A stretch of 55,331 nt of DNA, from positions 90,067,538 through 90,122,868 of the forward strand of contig NC_068981.1 of NCBI RefSeq assembly GCF_001194135.2. The letters run 5' to 3'. Positions 11,325-23,430 of the stretch are shown here, one piece after another (position 1 is the first letter of the stretch; every line of letters starts with the position of its first letter). The position numbers were made by a program, and so were the translations under genes. The DNA is from Octopus bimaculoides (taxonomy: Eukaryota). Under the pieces are notes generated by a model. The model saw only the letters and a program-made list of their open reading frames with translations. It was not told the DNA's origin and searched no databases.

Positions 11325-12015
11325 TCTAATATAATAAATGTGAATGTCAGTGTGTCACTTTCCAGCTTAAATTAATCCTTTCTACTGGACGCACAAGGCC
11401 TCAATGTGAAGGGAAGGGATTAAGTCGATTACATCGACCCCAGTACGTAATTGGTATTAATTTTATCGACTCCGAAAGGATGAAAGTCAAAGTCGACCAC
11501 GGCGGGATTCGAATTCAAAACCGGCATGTTAACGATTCTGCCAGCTCGCCCCTTAATATAATATAATAATATAATATAATAAAAGTGAATGTCAGTGTGT
11601 CAGTGTGTCACACTTTTTCAACTTTACTCCTAGAGGCTGTAGTCCAACATATCATACCATTTTGGAATCAGGCTGACGCCACCACAACCACAACTTTGTT
11701 TAGGCTTAGCAGCCCTTCCTGTTTGTTTTCACTGTCTTGTTTGTGTAACCAATTTTGACCCTCCGCAAAATCCCAAATTTTATTTAATTTGCTTTGCGCG
11801 AGCAACTGTTTTATCGAAAGCCTATATTGTTGTTAAATGCTCGAAATACGAGAGTAGAAAAACAGCTAACAACTGATAAAGGGTCGTTCTTTATGTTGTT
11901 TGCCTTGTTTTCCATTTGTGTCTATCGTTGTTCGAAAAAATAGTTCATGTTCCATGTACTCGTACTTCGTATTTTCTCGTTGTACACGTTTCTTGACATC
12001 CTGTACCCACAAATG
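11325..12015 (+). mobile_element. Helitron-like head(s) and body, interrupted by a family-N SINE
   Basis: a|tctaatataataaatgtgaatgtcagtgtgtcac at 11325, repeated after the SINE at about 11575; no CTAG 3' end found. Confidence 0.4.
11385..11555 (-). mobile_element. SINE family N
   Basis: cacaaggcc...gtcgattacatcgaccccagtac...ggatgaaagtcaaagtcgacc...ttctgccagctcgcc. Confidence 0.8.
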
Positions 12016-12024
12016 CATATATAT

Positions 12025-12073
<49 letters not shown>

Positions 12074-12110
12074 GTATAGACGTAAGTATGTACATATACG
12101 TATGTATATA

Positions 12111-12147
<37 letters not shown>

Positions 12148-12260
12148 TTTATATTATATTATATATATATACATACATATACATACATACACTCACATAC
12201 ATACACGCACACACATACACATTTATGTATGAGTATGTGTATGCGTATGTATATATATAA
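12015..12260. repeat. (TA)n/(TACA)n/(CA)n microsatellite cluster
   Basis: Direct inspection. Confidence 0.9.
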
Positions 12261-12309
12261 AAGACAAGGGGATGAAAGTCCGGGATGTTCATGTGGATTG
12301 AATTCCAGT

Positions 12310-12520
12310 AGTGTTGTCGGACACCTCGTGTCATCCCTTGTTATCATCCCGGATATACCAATACCTTCCGGAACTGTTGCCGATTTCATCTAACACAGTT
12401 TAGACATTTCAATTTCCGATTTGATAGCTAATTTATCAAATTCTTTCTTTCAGATATCATTTTCCAGAAATGTTTTCATGTTTATGAATTATGAATAACA
12501 TTTGCATAGTGTTCTTGTAA
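12310..12520 (-). mobile_element. REL-endonuclease non-LTR retrotransposon (R4/Dong-like) 3' fragment, decayed
   Basis: Minus translation KKEFDKLAIKSEIEMSKLC*MKSATVPEGIGISGMIT resembles KxxxKLxKYKDLEIEIxKMWxLKxxTxPVVIGALGMI. Confidence 0.6.
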
Positions 12521-12704
12521 TTCCCTTCCTCCTACTCCGCCTCCTCATTCTTTTATAAAATGCTCAAGCAGCATAATTGTAGTATACTGAGAAACCTCAT
12601 AACTCAGAGATATCTTCAGTAATTGAAGTGGGAGTCTGAGAGGAGACCCATGATAAGGTTTCGGTATGGAATGCTGTGTAATACCTTCCAGTTGTTATAC
12701 CTAT

Positions 12705-13145
12705 TACATATATTGGTTTCAAATTTTGGCACAAGGCCAGAAATTACGGAAATAGGTCGATTATATCGACTCCCAATGCTCAACTGGTACTTATTTTATC
12801 GAATCCGAAAAGACGAAAATTAAAGTCGACGTCGGCGGAACTTGAACTCAGAACGTAAAACGGACGAAATGTCACTAAGCATTTTACCTGATGTTCTAAC
12901 GTTTCTGCCAGCTCGCTACCTTAATCTTTATATAATAATGATTTCAAATTTTGAAACAAGGTCAGAAATTTCGGGGGAAGAATAGGTTGATTGTATCGAC
13001 CCTAGTACTCAACTGATACTTATTTTATCAACCACGAAATGGATGAAAAGTAAAATCGGCAGAATTTGAACTCAGAACATAAAGACGGACAAAAGGCCAC
13101 TAAGCTTATTGCCCGGCGCCCTAATGATTCTCCCAGCTCACCACA
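12705..13145 (-). mobile_element. Two tandem family-N SINEs (12705-12922, 12940-13145)
   Basis: Each runs from aaattttggcacaagg to ctgccagctc; same orientation, about 20 bp apart. Confidence 0.85.
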
Positions 13146-14168
13146 TTACTTATTACATATATTACGAAATCAAATTATTAGCTCTGTTAAGCCTCTATAG
13201 TTATATCTGTTACTGTTGTTGTTGTTGTGCTTGTTGCTGTTTTTTACTGCTACTGCTACTGCTACAGCTGCTGATGTATCGCCAAGTTCCGCCGTGGTCG
13301 AGGAAACCACTGCCATGTAGGTAATTGGCTAAAAGATAGAGAGTGAACCACATACTCATAGCTCAGAATATCCCATACCTCAGCCTAAATGTATACCATG
13401 CTGTTCTTTTGACATGCTTTAGTTAAATGCGCGTGAGAATACATGTTCAAATTGCAGCGCTGCAGCCTGGGCATGTTGTATTGTCACACATGTTAAATGC
13501 AGTTCGAACGTAACAGCAACAGCTCCTTTGCACTTTATCATAGGCGTATATAACGCCTTCATCATAGGCGTTGTATATAACAGCATAATATTTGAAAATA
13601 ATTACTTTATTGACTGTATTTTTAAGTACGTGTTTTATGTTTGTCAGGACTGAATGATGGCGATAATGTTCTTAACATCCTGCTGTCGTAGTGTTTTGAA
13701 ATCTTGTTCGTGTAGGTGTTTGTTGAGTGTGATGTTCTTCGATATCTCCGTTAAGAAGGTAGTGGGAATGGATTAAGTGGATGTTTTCTTAGGTTTGTTG
13801 TTTTGAAGCCAAACTTCTAGAATGTAAATAGTCAAGTAAGAGAAATTGTGAGGTTGTGCATGTTATGAGGTAGGAAGATGCGACTATGTCATCGATGATG
13901 CATATTAAAACAGATTAAAAAAGGAATTGTTTGCTACGTGGCCATGGTAGCTAAACGTGTGGAGCAGAATGCAATGTCAGGGAAGGAGATATTGTATTTA
14001 GCTTGAGGGTGTCATAGCGTGGGTACTTTAAAATAAAACAAGTATTTGGTTTACTATTACGTCACCCGTTGTGCTATGTGTATTGTTTGTGTATCCGGAT
14101 ATCCTATCTAGACACCTTTCCCGAAAGAACAGTTTTTAACAGGGTGTTAAGCTATTGTTGTCCAGTGT

Positions 14169-14506
14169 GTAAAGACACGCTTCGGTCATGAATGACCAAG
14201 GGATTGCACCTAGAAAGTTACCCTCCGAGGCACAAGTCCGGGCAAAACTGTTTATGGGAGACCAGCAGTCACCCATGCATATCAATCTACCCCCTCTCCA
14301 CGCCACCGATGTTGTCCAAGGGAAAAGCAAAGGCCGATACAGCCTGGCACCAGTGACGTCGAAACTCATTTTTACAGTTGAGTGAAATGGAGTAACGTGA
14401 AATAAAGCGTTTTGTTCAAGAACACAACACACAGCCCGGTCCAAGAATCGAACTCACTACCTCGTGATTGTGAGCCCAACGCTCTAACCACTGAGTCACG
14501 CGCCTT
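14169..14506 (-). mobile_element. SINE family C (tRNA head, CORE, distinct 3' tail)
   Basis: Minus strand ggcgcgtgactcagtggttagagcg...gagttcgattc...ttcttgaacaaaacgctttatttcacgttactcc, then a tail unrelated to other copies. Confidence 0.8.
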
Positions 14507-14773
14507 CATGTCCAATATGTAACATAGTGTTACAGTCAGTGTGGTCGGGGATGATATGAATGTTTATTATTTTAATTTGTTTCAGATTGACATTTTGAAT
14601 GCGTGTTTTACTATGCTTTCTTAATGAGTGAGTTTCGTTAAAAATCATTTATATATGGCTGCCTGATTTCATGTGTATTATAATGTCTTCTCCATGGACT
14701 GGTTTCTCCTCTGTTACCGATTTGTAATTGGGAATATGAAGAATTCTGCGGTATTGATACATGCATGCGTGTG

Positions 14774-14818
<45 letters not shown>

Positions 14819-14846
14819 GCACTCATATTCATATACATATACTACA

Positions 14847-14959
14847 GCACTCCGTCGGTTACGATGACGAGTGTTCTCGTCGATCCAATCAATGGAACAA
14901 CCTGCTAGTGAAATCAACATGCAAGTGGCTGAGCACTCCACAGACACGTGTACCCTTAA
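14847..14959 (-). mobile_element. SINE family B, 3' fragment
   Basis: gcactccgtcg...gtggctgagcactccacagacacgtgtacccttaa, adjoining (CA)n at 14775-14816. Confidence 0.8.
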
Positions 14960-15431
14960 AATAGTTATCGGGGAGATTTAATGTGCTAGTTTCCTGGTAT
15001 TAAATTGATATTAATTAATATCGAATTTTTACCATATTATGTTANNNNNNNNNNNNNNNNNNNNNNNNNNNNNNNNNNNNNNNNNNNNNNNNNNNNNNNN
15101 NNNNNNNNNNNNNNNNNNNNNNNNNNNNNNNNNNNNNNNNNNNNNNNNNNNNNNNNNNNNNNNNNNNNNNNNNNNNNNNNNNNNNNNNNNNNNNNNNNNN
15201 NNNNNNNNNNNNNNNNNNNNNNNNNNNNNNNNNNNNNNNNNNNNNNNNNNNNNNNNNNNNNNNNNNNNNNNNNNNNNNNNNNNNNNNNNNNNNNNNNNNN
15301 NNNNNNNNNNNNNNNNNNNNNNNNNNNNNNNNNNNNNNNNNNNNNNTGTTATGCATTGTTATGATCCAGAGTGTATCTGAATTTTTGATATTTTGTTGGG
15401 TTTTTTTCTGTTTATTGTTCGATTTCTTTTA

Positions 15432-16030
15432 CCGGTTCCGGTTAAATTTGACAGTTTACATAAAAAGAAAAGAAAAGTATTTGTTTTTTAAATCAAACAA
15501 TATCAAATAGATTATAGCTTGGAGATAACAGTTTTTTCAAAGTAACCCCCTTCGGCTTCCACCACGGCCTCAAGACGGCTCCATAACTTGGCGTATGAGC
15601 TCTTCACTGTGTCCTAGGGAAAATCTTCGAACACTTCCTTGATCCCGACCACCAGCTTGGTCTTGATATTGCAGGAAGAGCAGTTGGTATCTTTCTCAAC
15701 TGCGCTTTACACATAGTAATCTATGGGATTACAATCGGGGGGATTAGGAGGCCAGAAACTGAGGCTGCTAAAGTCGTAGAAATTCTCCGACAACCACTTC
15801 TGACTCTTTCTGGAGGTATGGCAAGAAGCCGAATCCTGCTGCCACACATATGGCCTTCCAGCTGTAACTCTCTTCAGCCAGGGTTTGACTCCAGTTTCAA
15901 GCAGCTTCATATAGCCGTGAGAATGAATTCCCGTATGCGAACGCAGTCAGACCGCCTGCTGTATCCCTTCCTGTTGGCCACCGCTTCGTTGTCTCCGTTT
16001 TCAACCACTGACTCAGACATGCTGATTCTT
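15432..16030 (-). mobile_element. DD37D (maT/mori) Tc1-mariner element, internally deleted pseudogene
   Basis: QQD-x37-D (QQDSASCH...WPPNPPDCNPIDYYV), C-terminus EAVVEAEGGYFE, N-terminal RKGYSRRSDCVR fused to the catalytic region near 15925; TIR-like ta|ccggttccggttaaatttgacag at 15432. Confidence 0.85.
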
Positions 16031-17035
16031 TTCTTTGCCTCTTCCATGGCAACTACAAATGTATCTCCTTCTCCTAGCGTTATTACAATGCTTCTGCTAC
16101 TCTGAACTAGCTAATTGCACACATACCCCTTACCCAATCCAGTATCCCTCATACCATCCATCTGTTCCTCTCCTGTTATCCTTACCGTCTTATCTCCTGC
16201 ACTGTGCTCTTTGTGCAATCTTTCTTTAAAAGACCCGCAACCTACTGGAATTCTTTCCCTGGAAACGTTTGTGCTAAAAACGCAGCACTACTGCTGCTCA
16301 AATTGAATTGCAAGCGTGTCAGTCTCCACAATTTGGGATAGGGTACTGAAAATGTCATAAGAAGATCGCCTTCTCCTTTGTAGTTTTAGATCAGAAAATA
16401 TTTATAGTATCTTACACCATTCAGTTTATTTGGTAATATGATAATAGATTTATAGATGGAAAATAAATATTACGAGTAGAAAATGATAAATATTCAAATA
16501 ATCATAAGAGCAATGCAAGTTTAAAGAAATCTTATATAATTGTGCAACTTTAATATCCAGAAGAAGCAATTTGAAATGGTTTGCTGTGATTGATGAAGAC
16601 ATAACTTGGGCATCGAGATTCAGTTATACAGTGTTCAATGATTGTTCAACTGACTACAAAAACTGATTTCAATTTACTAGAAACTGATTTATTTGGCAAA
16701 TATTAGTTCTTTCAGAAAGATGGAAATTTTCAATAATTAATAAGCATGATAGTAGACATTTGCCTACCTCAAAGAGACATTTGATCTGAGAATTAACGTT
16801 TATTTTTCGGATCCGTTCGTTCGAAATTGGCAACGAAAGAAGTGTCTCTTTTTACTGATCAAGCTTCGTCATATTTAATGGGAGTTCAGTCAGCTTCCGT
16901 TGAGCTGGTGGAAAATATATAAAATATTGGAAATATAAAGAATGACAAAGATATTCCGTTTTCAATAGTCTTTCATTTTTATTGCAGGTATCTCTAAGTT
17001 TTTTCTTCTATCTCAGTCTAATCAGTATCAGCACT

Positions 17036-17420
17036 GTTGTGTGTTGGCACTCCGTCGCTTACGACGTCGAGGGTTCCAGTCGATCCGATCAACGGAACAG
17101 CCTGCTCGTGAAATTAACGTGCAAGTGGCTGAGCATTCCACAGACACGTGTACCCTTAACGTAGTTCTCGAGGATATTCAGCGTGACACAGCATGTCAAG
17201 GCTGGCCCTTTGAATTACAGGCACAACAGAAACAGGAAGAAAGAGTGAGAGAAAGTTGTGGTGAAAGAGTACAGCAGGGTTCGCCATCATCCCCTGCCGG
17301 CCTCGTGGAGCTTTAGGTGCTTTCGCTCAATAAACACTCACAATGCCCGGTCTGGGAATCGAAACTACGATCCTATGACCGCGATTCCACTGCCCTAACC
17401 ACTGGGCCATTGCGCCCCCA
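17036..17420 (-). mobile_element. SINE family B, full length with perfect 13-bp TSD
   Basis: TSD cagtatcagcact at 17023-17035 and 17421-17433; A and B boxes and the (CAA)-type tail are present. Confidence 0.95.
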
Positions 17421-18730
17421 CAGTATCAGCACTACACAAGATCTAAAAGAAACATTGGGGTTTTTAGTATTGATCGTTGATGTTTTCCATAACCTCCTAA
17501 AAAAAGATTGTTCTACTCTTGGTGGTAAGCTTCTTCCCAGTCAGTTCACCAAGGTAATCAATTAAAATTGTCATAAACAACAAACCTGTAAATCTTTTTA
17601 ACTCCACCACCTACACTTGGCCTTGGGTGTTTTGGGAGTACACTGTTATAAACATTCTAACAGGTCCCCTGTCTGGAGACAAGTTTTTTCCTTTCTTTCA
17701 CCTGACCTCAATCGTGGGAGCTGTGTCACCCTCAACATGCTCATGAGTGTTGTCCGTCGTCCCCTGAGTAACTCACTGAAAATGTCAATACATAACTATA
17801 TGTCCTGCTGTTGGTTAATTCTCAGTTTTTGTTGTTGCTTTTCATTGATGTTCTTCTCACTAGATCACTCTATGCAATCATATCTCACTTTATTTTAATC
17901 CTACAATAACCCTTGTTCCCATACAACACACACCTTTCCCTTATCTTCTATACTATCTAATTTAATGTCTTTTAATCTTCTGTATTTCAAAAAAGTTACA
18001 TGATCTTCTGCTTTGAATTTATTTATTTATTTATTTTCGTTTTTAGCCAGAACAAATATAACAACAATTTCTCACTAAACACAAGGCCAGAAATATGGGA
18101 GAGAGGAGACACTAAATTATAGTAACGATAACATTAATTATGGATCGGTATTTAGTTATGTTCCTTTATCATCTAAGTTGAAATTCGGCTAATGCCAAAT
18201 TTAACTTCCATTACTTTCTCTCTGTTGGTCGTTAAAATAAAATACCAGTCAAATACTACGTTACTTTAAATTACTATATCCCTCCCGTGAAATATTTAAC
18301 ATTGTGTCTTGTTTGAAATCCTTATTTCTCTGGCATCGTCTGCACACGTCTCGCATCAGTCCTCTATGTATTTTTCAAATTCCGTATTCTTCCAGTTCAA
18401 TGATAGAAGAATATTTCCAGAATCAATACTAGAGCTTTCCTTGCATTTTTTTTTTGTTATCTTTTAACTCGGGATATTTAAGGCCAAAAATTCTGAAGCT
18501 GAGGAATCAACTTCACTATTTCGTTAATATTTATTAAAGAAAAACAACCAAACTTGTGGACTTTAAGTTATCATGTAAAATAACATGAGTAAAAATTGCT
18601 CTATCACTTTTACTGCATATTTTTAATGTTTAATATCGCAATTAGTAAAAAAAAAAGTCTTTTGGTTACTGGTTTCCAACGAAATTATTACGGATTCACT
18701 ATAATTCTGATGCCAAAAGTNNNNNNNNNN

Positions 18731-18770
<40 letters not shown>

Positions 18771-18929
18771 TACGCATCTTATGATTTAGCTTAGATATAG
18801 TTGTACTAACAATCAATTGTTTGAACCCAATATACTTATGCTTTAGAGTAAAGCGTCAAGTGAGGACAGAGCGTAATATCAATTAATGAATGACAAAATA
18901 AGAGGAGTTGGGTAGTCATTTTCGTTAGT

Positions 18930-19190
18930 AACAACTTCGACATCACTATGGGATCTATGAACTCTGTCTCGGTAACCGATACAGTTGGTCTTTACCTGAG
19001 GTACAACTCGAACTAAATACCAAGACTGTAAACTTTCTTGATATCACTTTAGACATTTCTTCTAGATATCTGTACCCTTTCCATAAACCAAAGAAACTCT
19101 ACACTACATCCACAGTAAATCTAATCATCCTAGAGTTGTAATCAATGGAATAATGAAAAGAGTCTATAGCCAAGGTATCTCAATCATTTG
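18930..19190 (+). mobile_element. Penelope-like element, reverse transcriptase fragment
   Basis: NFDITMGSMNSVSVTDTVGLYL (cf. FDVTMGS.DGAEVCELVGL.L), then ELNTKTVNFLDITLD...YPFHKP...YIHSKSNHP; the catalytic xDD segment between them is missing. Confidence 0.8.
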
Positions 19191-19786
19191 CTTTATAAGA
19201 AAATATTTAACGAAATTACATGGTATTATAATGAGGGTATTAATAGAACCAACTATAAGGAATAATGAATGAATATCATATTTAACCGCTTTGTTCATTA
19301 GCTTTTAGTTTTCTCGATAACTATACCATTTATTGACTCATGTTTTGTAAAAATTTTGTAATTTAGTCAGTAAATAATGCATTCATCTCTTATCTTTGGA
19401 CTCGGTTAAGAACAAACAACTTGACAAAGTACAGCAAGATGTTTCTGAATTTACTTTCATATTCGTATCTCTTATTTAGTTACTCGTGACTATACTTTGG
19501 CACAATGCCTAGCTTTTGATTATATTTTATTTTTTATACCAAATCTATTAAACACTTACTTTGAAGATCCTTCACATATTATTTACAACTGATCTATCTG
19601 TTTTAGAAGTTACGTCTCTTGATTGCTTTTATTGTATACTTTCTCTTTCTTTCTCCCTCTGCATATATATATATATATATATACAATTTAAAATATACGA
19701 TAAAATCTTTATCAGAATTTATCAAGTAGTTAGCGTGAAAAACCTCATAAGGGAAAAATTTATTAATTATTCCCTATAAATATATT

Positions 19787-20081
19787 TATTTATATTAAGG
19801 GCATTACCATACATAAATGCCTCACGCTAGGAGGGACTCTTAAAGTCAAAACTACCATAATAAACATTACTGCCACCGAGATCTGCAACCGCAGTCGGCT
19901 TCACCCGGGCTCGCGCCTGCGGCTTCCATGCGAAATCATATGATATACCGCCAAGTTTGATTTTAGGAGGCTCTCTTCGAGAGTTGCATTTCCTCGCGTT
20001 CGGTAAAATGTGTTTATTATGGTAGTTTTGACTTTAAGAGTCCCTCCTAGCTTGAGGCATTTATGTATAGTAATGCCCTTA

Positions 20082-20090
<9 letters not shown>
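19787..20090. mobile_element. MITE/foldback with 80-bp TIRs enclosing a 28S-rRNA-like fragment
   Basis: Arms 19787-19866 and 20011-20090 match at 78/80; 144-bp spacer; ttaa|ggg...ccc|ttaa inside the arms. Confidence 0.85.
19868..19927 (-). pseudogene. Large-subunit (28S) rRNA-like fragment
   Basis: Minus strand gaagccgcaggcgcgagcccgggtgaagccgactgcggttgcagatctcggtggcagta resembles the recalled conserved LSU segment gaagcc..gggcg.g.gcccgggtggagccgccgcaggtgcagatcttggtggtagta. Confidence 0.7.
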
Positions 20091-20114
<24 letters not shown>

Positions 20115-21049
20115 CTTCTTTGTTAGTATGTCTGTCTTTATTTTGTATCGATTCACTGCTTCCTAATTCACGATAAAAAGCCTATTAATTCTCAGCATAT
20201 TCCTTACGTATCTTATGAAATATGCCCTTTCTGTAAAACATTTTATATCCTGCAGTATTTTTTTTTCTCAATGTTTATTCTATTTAGATGGTTTATGAAA
20301 GTTGACATAATAATCAATATCTAACGTTAGCATACGACCAGGGTATGTTGCAGATGACTAATTCGTTGCTAATATGTTAGTAGCATTTATCTTATAATCA
20401 ACACCTGAAGGATGAAAGGCGAAGTCGAACTCTGCGGGATTTTAGACCTCAGATTGAAAAGAGACGTAATTAACAGCAAGTTTATCAATTCATCGTCTCC
20501 TTTGATTTGTTAGTCTTAGCCATGTCTTCCAATAACTTATTTCAAGAATCCTTAAAGTGTCACATAGAAAACTAAATCGCAGGAACTAATTCCAAAGGAA
20601 TCATTAGAAGCATTAATGTTCCAAGGTTGAATCCTTTTAAGGTTGCTGCACATTTAAGTGTCCGTCATGCAAAAGTAGCTCAAAAAAAATCTATCAAAAC
20701 TATCGATCAAAACAATAGAGATAGAGTTTATAACAGAATCAGTATCTCCCCTAGTTGATCAGATACAGTCAAAGATAACTTTGATAATATTAGGTTTTGG
20801 CCAGAAATCGAGTTGGACATCTTATATTAGCTTTTATTAGCTTTCACTGTTTACTTTGGTCTATTATTGATTTTTCGTTTTGGCACATAGCTACACATTT
20901 TGAGAAAAGGTTGTTGTTGTTGTTGTTGATCATGATGATGATGATGGCGATGATGACGACGAGGTTTTGACTCAGATCAGTGCTGATTAAGCAGGCGTAC
21001 AATCAAAAGCATTCTAGCGTTGACCATGCCATGTTTTTGAGTATATCCT

Positions 21050-21540
21050 TTCTATTATAGGGGCACAAGGCCTGAAATTTTGGCGGGAGGGGGCTAGTTG
21101 ATTTCGTCGATCCCAGTACCCAGCTAGCACTTATTTTATTGACGCCGAATGGATGAAAGGCAAGGTCGACCTCGGCGACGTTTGAACTCAGAACGTTCAA
21201 ACGTGAGTGAAATGCTGCAAAGTATTTTTCCCGACATGCTAACGATTCTGCCAGCTCGCCGCTTTTCAAAGTGTACCTTATTTAATGTACCATTCACAGT
21301 ATAAAGTGATTTGAGGGAGAGTAGGCGACTCTTTCTTGTAGATAGAGTGTGAAACGTACAAGCTCTTTCGTTGATTTGGAGGGTGTAACGTAGTTGATTT
21401 ACTTAACCCCGGTACTTGATCGCTAATTATGTTATCGATATCCGTATCGAGGATAAGATAAAGTCGACCACAATGGGATTTGAAAACGAAACATTAAAGT
21501 ATCTAAATAATGCAAGACATTTCGCAGCGAAGCCTGCCGC
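21050..21540 (-). mobile_element. Two family-N SINEs (21050-21265; degraded 21365-21540)
   Basis: ggcacaaggcctgaaatttt...aaggtcgacctcggc...gattctgccagctcgccgc. Confidence 0.75.
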
Positions 21541-22099
21541 TGTTGTTATTTATCTCCAAGTCATCTAAGATTGAATAACTCTCTGATCAAAAGTATTAAG
21601 ACGAATTAGATACACTACAACTGAAAACAAAGCGGGACTGTCACGACTGAAACATCTTTGAACATAAGTCTTTGATCATTTCTGACTTGGAGATAACCAC
21701 TACCAACAACAATAACAACAACTACGATTTTCAATAACTATTTTACTGTCGTTCAAAAGTAGTGTATCGTAGAAGCCGTGTATTAGTAAAAGCCATAGAT
21801 ATACACAATAAGAGTAAATATCATAGATATTCCTTTATAGCAATAAATACTATAGATTTCAAATTTTTCCTATCTTAATAAGTGTGTGTATATATTGGGG
21901 GTTCATTGTATATCGTCCTTTTTTCCTTCAAATAATACATATTATTTTCATATTTTACGGGTAAAATATGAAATGAAAAATCAAGGTGCTAATTTCTTTA
22001 ATGGTTATTATTATTACAAGCAAATTAAATTGGCCCCATAGACAATCGAACTAGATTAGTAGTAGTAACAGTAGTAATAATAGCAGTAGTAGCAGCATC

Positions 22100-22474
22100 A
22101 TGGGGCCATGCGCTGTAACAGAGCGTCTCTGCATCCACTATCTACTGGTGATTCCCATCTACTCCTGACAGATGACGCTTCTGCACTACGCAGGTGACAA
22201 CCCTCCAAACTATGGGTCTGTTTGGGTTGCCGTTGCTGGTGAAGGTTTTACGAAGTCGGAGTGCAAATATTACTTCAACCTCTTTTAATAGACTTTTACG
22301 ACACGTAGAGGAAACAGTGGGTCTATTCTTTGAGGTTCCGGTCCCCACGCAGCACTAGAGCGACGTGAAATGAGGTGTTTTGCTCAAGAACACAACACGC
22401 TGCCCGCACCAGGAATCAAACCCACGATCTGACGATCGGAAGTGCAACATTCTAACCACTAGGCCACGCGCCTT
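22100..22474 (-). mobile_element. SINE family C with a third type of 3' tail
   Basis: Minus aggcgcgtggcctagtggttagaatg...gggtttgattcc...gttcttgagcaaaacacctcatttcacgtcgctct, then a unique tail. Confidence 0.75.
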
Positions 22475-22626
22475 TACCAGATTATGATCACTGAAATCCT
22501 ACTTTTAATAATGTAGCACTCGGTAGAGTTTATTTTGTTCATATTGTAAGATAGAATAAGGATGGTGAAATGGTAGAGTCGGATAGAACAGTAAACAAAA
22601 TGACATGCAATATTTAGATACTTTCC

Positions 22627-23430
22627 TTAAGGCAGCGAGCTGACAAAATCATTAGCAAACAGAGCAAAATGCTTAGCGGCAATTCATCTGTGTTCACGTT
22701 CTGAGCTCAAATTCCTCGGGAGTCGATAAAATAAGTGCCAGTTGAGTACAGGAGTCAATCTAATCGACCTATCCCTCTCCGAAATTGCTGGCCTTGTGCC
22801 AAAATTTGAAAGCAATATTTAGTTACTTTCCTTTACGTACTGAGTATCAGTTCATTTTTACTTTCATTCTTCCAGGATAAAGAAACTAAATATCAGTCAA
22901 GTGCTCTTATATACAATGATATATTGATTTCTAATTTAAGCACAAGACCAGCGGTTTTGAAGAAAGGGTTAAGTTGATGCCATCGATTTTAGTAATTGGT
23001 CGACCCTTTATTTTTATCGGCCCCGAATGGATGAAGGGTAAAGTTAACCTCTTTGAGAATTGAATTCAAAATATGAAGAACCGAAACAAATCTAGCAAAG
23101 CACTTTTCCGACGCTCTAACGATTCTTCAAGCTTACAACTTCCCTTTCTTTCAAATAATGTTTGCTCCAGACAGGTAAATGTTAGGTTTGGCATGGACTC
23201 ATTTCTATAAATGTTTGAACACATTTCATAATCTTTTCTACTATAGGCTTAAGGCCTGAAATTTGTGGGGAGGCGGCAAGTCGATTACATCGACCCCAAT
23301 GCTTTTCACGGGTACTTATTTTATCGACCTCGACCTCGGCAGGATTTTTGATCCAGAACGAAAAACCGAAAGAAATGTCGCTAACTATTTCGTCCGGCGC
23401 GGTGACAATTCTATCAGCTCGTCGCCTTCT
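22627..23430. mobile_element. Three family-N SINEs (22627-22815 +, 22925-23135 -, 23238-23430 -)
   Basis: Shared head gcgagctg.cagaa and central gtcgataaaataagt.ccag blocks, each with internal deletions. Confidence 0.75.

Noticed and set aside
16740-16900. Possible hAT/GTF2IRD2-like C-terminal remnant (AYLKETFDLR..FSDPF)
   Set aside because: Only two short motifs; too weak to support without a search.
17702-17775. Minus-strand exon candidate ELLRGRRTTLMSMLRVTQLPRLRS (plus strand also shows an SPDLN Tc1-like word)
   Set aside because: Neither reading extends to a recognisable protein; compatible with chance.
19868-19927. A functional rRNA gene or rDNA unit
   Set aside because: Only about 60 bp of similarity, enclosed in TIRs, with no flanking rDNA.
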